This document shows positions 40,043 to 47,805 of a DNA stretch of 64,000 bases, in pieces; position 1 is the stretch's first letter, and each line of letters opens with the position of its first letter. The notes beneath the pieces were generated by a model. It had not been told where the DNA came from, did not search any database, and was given only the letters and a program-made list of their open reading frames with translations. The DNA is from an uncultured Rikenellaceae bacterium (lineage in GTDB: Bacteria > Bacteroidota > Bacteroidia > Bacteroidales > Rikenellaceae), in contig CALVFY010000008.1 of the NCBI GenBank assembly GCA_944326945.1, positions 9,994-73,993 on the forward strand. The letters are read 5' to 3'. Made by a program: the position numbers and the translations under genes.

Positions 40043-40969
40043 ATGATTTACGGACCTTTTCAAAACACTAATCCTATGACTGGTACAATAACCACTATAC
40101 AAAGGATGTCTATCCATGACGGTCCCGGAATCAGGTCTACCGTCTTTATGAAAGGATGCAACCTGAGGTGCAAATGGTGTCATAATCCGGAAACATGGAG
40201 TCGTGCAAAACAACTGCAACACATAGAATCGAAGTGTCTGCACTGTTTTTCATGTATTTCAGTATGTGAACAAAATGCCATTTCTTCCATTGAAAATCGC
40301 ATAAAGATAAACCATCAGGCATGCAATACTTGTGGCAAATGCTGTGAAAAATGCCCTTCGGAAGCCCTGTCGGCAATAGGACGGGAGGTGACGGCAGATT
40401 CTTTGACAGAAGAATTGGAAAAAGACAGGGTTTTCTACGAGACATCTTCCGGAGGAATTACAATATCCGGAGGAGAGCCCTTCATGCAGGCCGATTTTGT
40501 GATCGAACTGCTCGAACAATGCCAAAAAGAAGGATTGCATACTGCCATTGAAACCAACATGTCGATGCCCTGGGAATCCATATTCCCGGCCCTGTCTCAC
40601 ACAGACCTGTGGATGTGCGACCTGAAAGTATTTGATTCCGACAAACACAAATACTGGACAGGCGCGGGCAACGAAAGAATCATGGACAATTTGGCCAGAC
40701 TTGCCAAAACCGGAGCAGAAATGATAGTCAGAACTCCGGTAATTCCGGGTGTAAACGACAATGAATACGAAATAAAGAATATTTGCGGATTCCTGAAAAA
40801 AATCGGAGGCAATGTCAGATACGAACTGCTGAAATTCCACAATCTCGGTTTCGGAAAATTCGACAACCTGGGTATGACCAATGAAATGGACGCATCAGCC
40901 CATTTGGAAGACAGCACGTTTGAACAGCTGAATGAAATCGTCAAATCTAATTATTTCCCAAAACCATGA
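40043..40969 (+). CDS. Glycyl-radical enzyme activating protein (radical SAM, with two auxiliary ferredoxin-like clusters)
   Basis: 308-aa ORF with HDGPGIRSTVFMKGCNLRCKWCHNPE (the CX3CX2C radical SAM motif). It also has CLHCFSCISVC and CNTCGKCCEKCP (CX2CX2CX3C type). The SAM-binding region GGITISGGEP is present. Confidence 0.9.
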   Translation: MIYGPFQNTNPMTGTITTIQRMSIHDGPGIRSTVFMKGCNLRCKWCHNPETWSRAKQLQHIESKCLHCFSCISVCEQNAISSIENRIKINHQACNTCGKCCEKCPSEALSAIGREVTADSLTEELEKDRVFYETSSGGITISGGEPFMQADFVIELLEQCQKEGLHTAIETNMSMPWESIFPALSHTDLWMCDLKVFDSDKHKYWTGAGNERIMDNLARLAKTGAEMIVRTPVIPGVNDNEYEIKNICGFLKKIGGNVRYELLKFHNLGFGKFDNLGMTNEMDASAHLEDSTFEQLNEIVKSNYFPKP

Positions 40970-43101
40970 ACCGTTTCGATGAACGAATAGCCAGGCTCAG
41001 AGCCAGGAAATTAGCCCAAACAGAAGAAAAAAGAAAAATAGAGGGCGTACTTGATGAAGACGACTACGGCAGAATCGTTCCGCCTAAAGGTCTGTGGGAA
41101 CCAATGCCCAATTCTCCCGATGGCTCTTTTTACGGCTTCAAGGGATGGACGGACAACTTTTGTTCCCTGATGGATGTCCACCCTGTATATGTGGATGCAG
41201 ATGATGCCTTTACAGGCAGATGGATGTACTTCATGTCCAGAATGAGAAAAAACAAATGGAATCCCGATTATCCATACACTCATCTTGAAAAGGACATCGA
41301 AAAATACGATATTATCTGTGGCATCGGTGACGACGCCCACTTCGCCCCTGACTACAAGATGGGCGTAAGTCTCGGTTGGGGTGGTTTAATCGAGAAAATA
41401 GAAAAATACAAAACACTGAACAACAGCGCAGAGCAAAAGGAGTTTTATGACATTCACCTGCGTGCAATCCACAGTATCCAGGGATGGATGAAACGTCACA
41501 TAGAAAAATCCCTGGCAATGGCGGCAGAAGAATCTGACGAATGGAAACGCAACAATCTGCTGGCTCAGGCAGCAGTCAATAAAAACATATTGAACGCGGC
41601 ACCTACGACCCTTCGCGAAGCCTGCCAGTGGATAATCTGGTATCACCTGGCCTCAAGAACATACAATAGAGACGGTGCCGGCGGACAAATCGACAGTCTG
41701 CTCCAACCGTTCTATGAAAACGACTTGAAAAATGGTATCATTGACAGGGATACCGCGGTATACTATCTTGCATGTTTCCTTATCAACGATCCTATCTACT
41801 GGCAGTTGGGAGGCCCTGACAGAAACGGCAACGACCAGACATCTGAAATTTCATACCTCATTCTGGATGCCGCGGACAAGATAAACACCTCTCTGAATAT
41901 TACGATCAGAGTACACGACGGCCTGGATAAGAAGTTGTTTGACAAGGCTGTAGGCTATCTCGTAAAGAACAAGAATGGATGGCCGAGATTCTCCGGCGAC
42001 AAGGCTTTAGTGGAAGGATTCATGAGAAACGGATATTCCAAAGAGCTGGCTTTAGAAAGGATTGCCGTCGGATGCAACTGGATGTCATTGCCGGGTCTGG
42101 AATACACAATGAATGACTTGGTAAAGGTCAATATGGCCAAAGTATTTGAAGTCGCTCTGTACGAAACGCGTGAAAGTGAAAACATATGCACGGAATCTAT
42201 TTGGAATGCCTTTACAAAGCATCTTCAAATAGCAGTTCACACGGCTGCAGAGGGCATAAGACATCATTTGAAATATCAGAAATACAACGAACCGGAACTT
42301 CTGCTCAACCTTTTGAGTCATGGTCCTCTTGAAAAGGGGAAAGACGCATCCGACGGAGGTGCCCAATACTACAATCTGGCCATTGACGGAGCCGGACTGG
42401 CCATTGTTGCCGATTCCTTTGCTGCAATGGAAAGACATATTGAAGAACAACACGAAATCTCGTGGGGAGAACTGTTCTCCGCTTTGGAAAATGACTTCAC
42501 CGGAGATCAACACGAAAACACCAGAAGAATACTTAGAAAGACTGACAGATTTGGCAAGGAAAATTCCTGCGGTGAAAAATGGGCTGTCAGAATAAAGGAC
42601 TGCTTCACAGACATCGTCCGCAATGAATCAGAACCTGGCAAGTGTTTCATTCCCGGATTCTTTTCATGGGCCAACACGGTCGGATTCGGCAAAACCGTCG
42701 GAGCGACACCCGACGGACGACATGCCCGTAAACCTATTTCCCATGGAGCGAACCCTTCTCCGGGTTTTGTTTCCGACGGAGCGTCACTTTCACTGGCGAA
42801 GGCCGTTGCCAAAATCCAGCCCGGATACGGAAACACGGCACCGATGCAGTGGGAGCTGGATCCCACATTTGCCATGAGCAGCAACATTGAAATCATAGAG
42901 GCCATAATAAAAGCTCATTTTGAATTGGGGGGAACACTGATCAATGTGAACATAATGGATAAGGAAAAGATCTTGGAAGCCCATCGGAATCCGGACAAAT
43001 ATCCAGATCTTGTTGTCAGAGTCACCGGATTTACCGCATATTTTTCGATGTTGTCTCCTGAATTCCGCCAACTTGTCGTAGACAGACTCCTGGTAAGCTA
43101 A
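40966..43101 (+). CDS. Glycyl radical enzyme of the PFL-like fold, unassigned subfamily (711 aa)
   Basis: The start overlaps the activase stop (ATGA). The C-terminal glycyl-radical motif is DLVVRVTGFTAYFSMLSPEFRQLVVDRL, with Gly688 at 43027-43029. GATPDGRHARKPISHGANPSPG lies upstream. The candidate thiyl Cys370 is in ERIAVGCNWMSLPG (42073-42075), 318 residues before the Gly. Confidence 0.85.
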   Translation: MNRFDERIARLRARKLAQTEEKRKIEGVLDEDDYGRIVPPKGLWEPMPNSPDGSFYGFKGWTDNFCSLMDVHPVYVDADDAFTGRWMYFMSRMRKNKWNPDYPYTHLEKDIEKYDIICGIGDDAHFAPDYKMGVSLGWGGLIEKIEKYKTLNNSAEQKEFYDIHLRAIHSIQGWMKRHIEKSLAMAAEESDEWKRNNLLAQAAVNKNILNAAPTTLREACQWIIWYHLASRTYNRDGAGGQIDSLLQPFYENDLKNGIIDRDTAVYYLACFLINDPIYWQLGGPDRNGNDQTSEISYLILDAADKINTSLNITIRVHDGLDKKLFDKAVGYLVKNKNGWPRFSGDKALVEGFMRNGYSKELALERIAVGCNWMSLPGLEYTMNDLVKVNMAKVFEVALYETRESENICTESIWNAFTKHLQIAVHTAAEGIRHHLKYQKYNEPELLLNLLSHGPLEKGKDASDGGAQYYNLAIDGAGLAIVADSFAAMERHIEEQHEISWGELFSALENDFTGDQHENTRRILRKTDRFGKENSCGEKWAVRIKDCFTDIVRNESEPGKCFIPGFFSWANTVGFGKTVGATPDGRHARKPISHGANPSPGFVSDGASLSLAKAVAKIQPGYGNTAPMQWELDPTFAMSSNIEIIEAIIKAHFELGGTLINVNIMDKEKILEAHRNPDKYPDLVVRVTGFTAYFSMLSPEFRQLVVDRLLVS

Positions 43102-43134
43102 AGCAGCGTAAACACATAAAAAACACTGAAAAAA

Positions 43135-43551
43135 ATGGAACTGATTGAAAAATACAGTTATAACGGGAGCGGATACGACCCATTCCTGATAAGCGACAAC
43201 TGGCAGATTGCCATTCTGAACTATGCAGAGGCTGACAACATAGACTCAATATACAATTTGGATATTCACCATGAGACAGACGAAGCTTTCATGCTTATCC
43301 AGGGAGACATCGTCCTTATAAGCGCCTCAATAGAAGGCACTGATGTTTCTTTTGAGAATGTCAAGTTGGAACCGGGAATTGTATACAACATACCGAAGAA
43401 TGTATGGCACAAGGTTGCCACAACACCCGGCAGCAGCGTACTGATTATAGAAAAAGCCAATACCCACCTCGACGACTTTGAATTCCACGACCTTAATGAA
43501 AAACAAATCGCCGAACTGAGAAAAGACGTAAAATCAAAATTAAATAAATAA
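43135..43551 (+). CDS. Small cupin-fold protein of unknown function
   Basis: 138-aa ORF with cupin-like motifs: DIHHETDEAFMLIQGD (H-H-E...G) and EPGIVYNIPKNVWHKV (P-x-G...H). It sits between the GRE and the UroD-fold gene. Confidence 0.5.
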   Translation: MELIEKYSYNGSGYDPFLISDNWQIAILNYAEADNIDSIYNLDIHHETDEAFMLIQGDIVLISASIEGTDVSFENVKLEPGIVYNIPKNVWHKVATTPGSSVLIIEKANTHLDDFEFHDLNEKQIAELRKDVKSKLNK

Positions 43552-43557
43552 GCAATT

Positions 43558-44589
43558 ATGAACGGATATACAAGATGCCTGAAGGCTTTGAATTGGGAAA
43601 AGCCTGACCGAATACCGGTTATACCTCAGAACTCGGACATGTCGATTCACCTTTCCGGATATGGCATGAAAGAATGTCTGTATGACGGGAAAAAACTGGC
43701 AAACGCACTGCTCAGTGCACAAGAAAAAATGGGTTACGACGGCATTATGATTGGACCTGACGCCTCTATTCTGGCAGAAGCCACAGGATGTGAAGTAGAC
43801 TACAGAGATGACGATCCTCCTGCCGTTACCGCTCCAATCCTGACCCGCCTGGATGAGGTTGACAAACTGGAGGTGCCTGATTTAAGCAAAAATCAAAGGA
43901 TCAAAGCCTGGCTGGATGCCACAAAAGCCATCATAGAAAAGACCAAAGGCGAAATATTTGTAATTTGCCGTGCCGATCAAGGTGCATTTTCACTGGCATC
44001 CTTGTTGAGAGGCAGCCAGGAATTCATGATAGATCTTGCAATGGGAGAACAGCCGAAACAAGTCAAAAAACTGTTGGATTTTTCGAATAAACTCCACATA
44101 CAGTTTGCCGGCCTGATCAAAGAAAGCGGAGCACATGCCACCACTTGCGGAGACGCATACTGCGGACCCGGCCTGATAAGCCCTGAAATGTACAGGGAAT
44201 ACGCCCTCCCTTATCAGAAAGAGGCTGTAAAGGAAATTCAGGACAGAATGAAGTTGCCCTACTCCATACATATTTGCGGTGTAACGGATAAAATACACGA
44301 CTGTTGGCCTGATACCGACGCTAAATTCTTTGAAGTGGATCATTGTACGGATATAGTGTCGCTTAGGAAGAAAACGTATGGCAAGACCTCTCTTTTCGGA
44401 AACATAAATACGTCTTCTCTGTGCTTTTCATCTCCGGAAGAGATCAAAACAGAATGCAACGAATTGTTCGATAAAATTAACCCGTCAACCGGATTTATTC
44501 TGAGTTCCGGGTGCAGCATGTCAGCCAATTCAAAGACAGAAAATGTCATTGCCATGATGGAAGCTGCAAAAGAATATGCAATCAGATAA
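43558..44589 (+). CDS. Uroporphyrinogen-decarboxylase (URO-D) fold protein of the MtaA/MT2-like methyltransferase branch
   Basis: 343-aa ORF. The N-terminus CLKALNWEKPDRIPVIP...MGYDGIMIGPDASILAEATGCEV is typical of URO-D family members. The pattern H238-x-C240 (SIHICG, 44269-44277) plus C319 (SSGCS, 44512-44514) resembles the H-x-C-x(n)-C zinc site of MT2 enzymes. Confidence 0.75.
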   Translation: MNGYTRCLKALNWEKPDRIPVIPQNSDMSIHLSGYGMKECLYDGKKLANALLSAQEKMGYDGIMIGPDASILAEATGCEVDYRDDDPPAVTAPILTRLDEVDKLEVPDLSKNQRIKAWLDATKAIIEKTKGEIFVICRADQGAFSLASLLRGSQEFMIDLAMGEQPKQVKKLLDFSNKLHIQFAGLIKESGAHATTCGDAYCGPGLISPEMYREYALPYQKEAVKEIQDRMKLPYSIHICGVTDKIHDCWPDTDAKFFEVDHCTDIVSLRKKTYGKTSLFGNINTSSLCFSSPEEIKTECNELFDKINPSTGFILSSGCSMSANSKTENVIAMMEAAKEYAIR

Positions 44590-44785
44590 GTTCTTCCACG
44601 GTTTTCAGAACAAAATGTCTCCATGGCGAAGTGCTTCTCTTCAACAGAGGGGCACTTCACCCCCTTGAATTACTGCACAATACATTCCCGATACAAGTAT
44701 TTTAACTTGAACAAAGCTGAAGTTCGATGCAAGTTTTTGAAAAGGTCCGACACAATATAAGTTCGTATAATAATTCTATCATAGA

Positions 44786-45934
44786 ATGAAGAATATGGCA
44801 AAATTATTACCGATATTACTCTCATTCTACGTAATGGGGTTTGTAGACATGGTTGGTGTCTCAACGAGTTATGTAAAACAAGACTTTTCGTTGAGCGATA
44901 CGTTAGCCAACCTGCTGCCGATGTTGGTATTTCTTTGGTTTGCGGTCTGTTCCTTACCCGCGGGCATGTTGACAGGGAAAATTGGACGTAAAAAAACAGT
45001 CTTGTTAAGTACGGTAGTGACGTTCGTAGCCATGCTGTTACCCATTATCCACTATTCGTATGCAGTCATATTGCTGTCGTTTGCCTGTTTGGGTATAGGC
45101 AATACCATACTTCAGGTCTCCTTAAATCCGTTATTGGCCAGCATAGTCAATCCGTCGAAACTGACAAGTATGTTATCTTTGGGAACTTTTATCAAAGCCA
45201 TCGCCTCCATGGGCAGTCCTCTGATTTTGGGTTTTGCCGTCAGTCTGACCGGTAAATGGCAGTGGATATTCCCCATCTATTCCGGTATCACTTTGCTGTC
45301 TGCCGTGTGGTTGTGGGCCACCCCGTTTGAAGAAACTATCGTGGAAACCAAGAGACATTCTTTTGTTTCGATTATAGCATTGTTGAAAAATTCGTTTTTA
45401 TTACAATGCTTTTTAGCCATTGTCTTGAGTGTAGGCTTTGAAATAGGATTGATGACTGCTGTCCCCACGTTTCTGTTTGAACGCTTCGAAATGCCCCTGG
45501 AACAGGGAGGAATGGGATGCAGCCTTTACTATCTTGCACGTATGTCAGGGACCTTTATCGGCTCCATTGTTTTAGCGAAGATATCTCCATTCCGCTTTAT
45601 CCGTTGGAACTTATTGGCAGCTCTACTGTCTTTTGTCACATTTGTTGTGTCGCCGAATACGACAGGATGTTTGGTCTCCCTGTTCTTGTTGGGTCTCTGC
45701 TGTGCCAATATTTTCCCCATCATGTTCTCCGCGGCTTTGCAGCACTCTCCGGAAAACACCGACAACCTCTCCGCACTGATGATCATGGGCATAGCCGGAG
45801 GGGCCGTTTTACCTATGATAATGGGCGCAGTCGCAGATATGAGCAATCAAACGGTCAGCCTGATTGTGCCGTTCCTGGCTTTAGTATACATATATTATGT
45901 GGCTATATCCCAAAAGGATATATGCAAGAGGTGA
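44786..45934 (+). CDS. MFS transporter resembling the fucose/galactose/glucose:H+ symporter (FHS) family
   Basis: 382-aa polytopic ORF with the N-terminus FYVMGFVDMVGVSTSYVKQDFSLSDTLANLLPMLVFLWFAVCSLPAGMLTGKIGRKKT, which is FucP/GlcP-like. Confidence 0.75.
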   Translation: MKNMAKLLPILLSFYVMGFVDMVGVSTSYVKQDFSLSDTLANLLPMLVFLWFAVCSLPAGMLTGKIGRKKTVLLSTVVTFVAMLLPIIHYSYAVILLSFACLGIGNTILQVSLNPLLASIVNPSKLTSMLSLGTFIKAIASMGSPLILGFAVSLTGKWQWIFPIYSGITLLSAVWLWATPFEETIVETKRHSFVSIIALLKNSFLLQCFLAIVLSVGFEIGLMTAVPTFLFERFEMPLEQGGMGCSLYYLARMSGTFIGSIVLAKISPFRFIRWNLLAALLSFVTFVVSPNTTGCLVSLFLLGLCCANIFPIMFSAALQHSPENTDNLSALMIMGIAGGAVLPMIMGAVADMSNQTVSLIVPFLALVYIYYVAISQKDICKR

Positions 45935-46081
45935 CTTCATTAGATACCGTATGACAGTTCCTCGCGGAGAGACTCCGGACGGACATTCCTCTGCGCCAAC
46001 AGATGGGTCGGTTTATAAAGGGATATATCAATATGTTTTCTAAAAAACCACATCATCTATTTCTTTTTTTAACCATTTAGG

Positions 46082-46089
46082 TATCTTTG
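46082..46089 (+). promoter_or_regulatory. Candidate -7 promoter box (TATCTTTG) upstream of the aldo/keto reductase
   Basis: Matches TAnnTTTG, 46 nt upstream of the ATG at 46135. Confidence 0.35.
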
Positions 46090-46134
46090 TATCATTATTG
46101 CATATCTTTCTGTTGTCATAAAAAACGTCCGGTT

Positions 46135-46992
46135 ATGAAATTGAAATCGCTGCAAGACACCTATTCACTCTGTAACGGGAACAAAATACCTTGCGTAGGA
46201 TTCGGGACTTTTCTCACTCCGGAGGGAAGCACTACCGTCAATTCTGTCAAGGAAGCGCTTCGCGTAGGCTATCGGCTGATCGATACTGCCGCCATCTACG
46301 GAAACGAACGAAGCGTGGGTCAAGCTATTCGCGAAAGCGGCGTCGGCCGCGACGAAATCTTCGTCACCAGCAAACTGTGGAACCGGGACCAGGGATATGA
46401 ATCGACTCTGGAAGCCTTCGATCGGACAATGAACGCCCTGGGGATGGACTATCTCGACCTCTATCTGATCCACTGGCCCATCGGCAAAGGTCACGAACAC
46501 GATTGGGCCGAGATGAATCGCGAAACCTGGCGAGCCATGGAAAAACTCTATCGCGACGGATATATCGGGGCCATCGGGGTAAGTAATTTCATGCCTCATC
46601 ATATCGAATCGTTGATGGTGACCGCAACGATTGCCCCTATGGTCGACCAAATCGAAATCCATCCGGGCCTCAACCATACCCAAGCCGTAGAGTACTGTCA
46701 ATCCCACGACATTGCCGTAGAGGCATGGGGTCCGCTCTCCCAAGGTCATCTTTCCGAAATGCCTGCCTTGAATGAAATTGCCGAACGCCACGGCAAAACG
46801 GTCGCCCAGATCTGTCTGCGTTGGCATCTGCAAAGAGGAATCATTCCTCTTCCCAAATCGGTTACCCCTTCGCGGATCGAAGAGAACAGTCGTATTTTCG
46901 ATTTCGAACTGACGCCCCGGGAGATGGAATTCATCGGTCAGATAAACGGACCTGTCGGGTCGGGAGCCGATCCGGATAAAGTGGCCCACTAA
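46135..46992 (+). CDS. Aldo/keto reductase (2,5-diketo-D-gluconate reductase-like)
   Basis: The ORF opens at 46087, but the likely start is MKLKSLQDTY at 46135. AKR motifs are present: GFGTF, DTAAIYGNE, SKLWN, LDLYLIHWP, IGVSNF and IPKS. Confidence 0.9.
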   Translation: MKLKSLQDTYSLCNGNKIPCVGFGTFLTPEGSTTVNSVKEALRVGYRLIDTAAIYGNERSVGQAIRESGVGRDEIFVTSKLWNRDQGYESTLEAFDRTMNALGMDYLDLYLIHWPIGKGHEHDWAEMNRETWRAMEKLYRDGYIGAIGVSNFMPHHIESLMVTATIAPMVDQIEIHPGLNHTQAVEYCQSHDIAVEAWGPLSQGHLSEMPALNEIAERHGKTVAQICLRWHLQRGIIPLPKSVTPSRIEENSRIFDFELTPREMEFIGQINGPVGSGADPDKVAH

Positions 46993-47011
46993 GCAACCCA
47001 CCAACAAATTA

Positions 47012-47045
47012 AATCGGCGTATTCGAAATTTCGAATACGCCGATT
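47012..47045. terminator. Bidirectional terminator hairpin between the AKR and phoU genes
   Basis: Perfect 34-nt palindrome AATCGGCGTATTCGAA-AT-TTCGAATACGCCGATT between two convergent stops. Confidence 0.7.
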
Positions 47046-47073
47046 GTTCATCTCACAGAATCAGGAATGCGGA

Positions 47074-47778
47074 TTACTTTTTCCCCTCCGGGGACTTCTT
47101 GTCCGATTTTTCCTGAGAATCATTGTGTTTAAGCACTTTGGCATCAATATAGAAGACTATTTCTTCGGCAATATTGGTCAAATGATCGCCTGTACGCTCC
47201 AATTTACGGAAAACGCCTCCGAATTCGAAACACAGCGGAATCGCATCGGTATTGTGCTTGGCATAATCGATCAAAATACCTCCCGAAGCCCGCTTAATCC
47301 GATCGAGTTGGTCATCCATTCCCAATACAGCCGCCGCTTTCTCTGCATCCTCTTCATTAAAGGCCTCCTGCAACTCCTCGAGCATGTTCAGCACGAGAGT
47401 AAACATGGTATCCACCTGCAAATCCTGCAACAAACGGTCATCTATTTCCTGAACATCTATATCCCTTACAAAACGGGCGATTCCATCCGCATAATCGCCG
47501 ATTCGCTCCAAATCGCTATTGATCTTGAGTATGGCCAGCACAAAGCGCAGATCGACAGCCACCGGATTATACAATGCAATAAAATCCTCCACATCGCTAT
47601 CTATCTTCAACTCAAAAGCATCCACCCGCCGCTCACGCACCACGATTTGTTGGGCCAACTGACGATCGAGCGTCATAACCGCCTGCCGGGCCTGATCCAT
47701 CTGATTGTAGACCAATGTCCACATTTGATCGACCTCTCTACGGAGCTGCACTAACTCCGATTCGATAAACTTTACCAT
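47074..47778 (-). CDS. phoU: Phosphate signalling complex protein PhoU
   Basis: 234-aa ORF with two PhoU repeats (ERIGDYADGIARF and ERTGDHLTNIAEEI), placed downstream of pstB. Confidence 0.85.
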   Translation of the reverse strand: MVKFIESELVQLRREVDQMWTLVYNQMDQARQAVMTLDRQLAQQIVVRERRVDAFELKIDSDVEDFIALYNPVAVDLRFVLAILKINSDLERIGDYADGIARFVRDIDVQEIDDRLLQDLQVDTMFTLVLNMLEELQEAFNEEDAEKAAAVLGMDDQLDRIKRASGGILIDYAKHNTDAIPLCFEFGGVFRKLERTGDHLTNIAEEIVFYIDAKVLKHNDSQEKSDKKSPEGKK

Positions 47779-47805
47779 ATTGTTTTCGTTTTTATCTGTT
47801 ATCCA

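Noticed and set aside
38989-46134. I looked for integrase, transposase or att-type direct repeats of the tRNA-Asn 3' end that would define the island as a mobile element.
   Set aside because: No recombinase-like ORF is present, and I saw no copy of GGTTCAAGTCCTGGTTGAGGAG or a sizeable part of it at the distal boundary by eye. The island call therefore rests only on composition, gene content and tRNA adjacency. A computed repeat search could still find short att remnants.
46135-46992. I considered the aldo/keto reductase as the aldehyde-reducing last step of the GRE island.
   Set aside because: It is not rejected as a functional partner, only as an island member. GC returns to core levels. 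A 200-nt gap containing its own TATCTTTG box precedes it, and a strong terminator follows it. Adjacency may be coincidental. Synteny comparison with island-free relatives would settle this.
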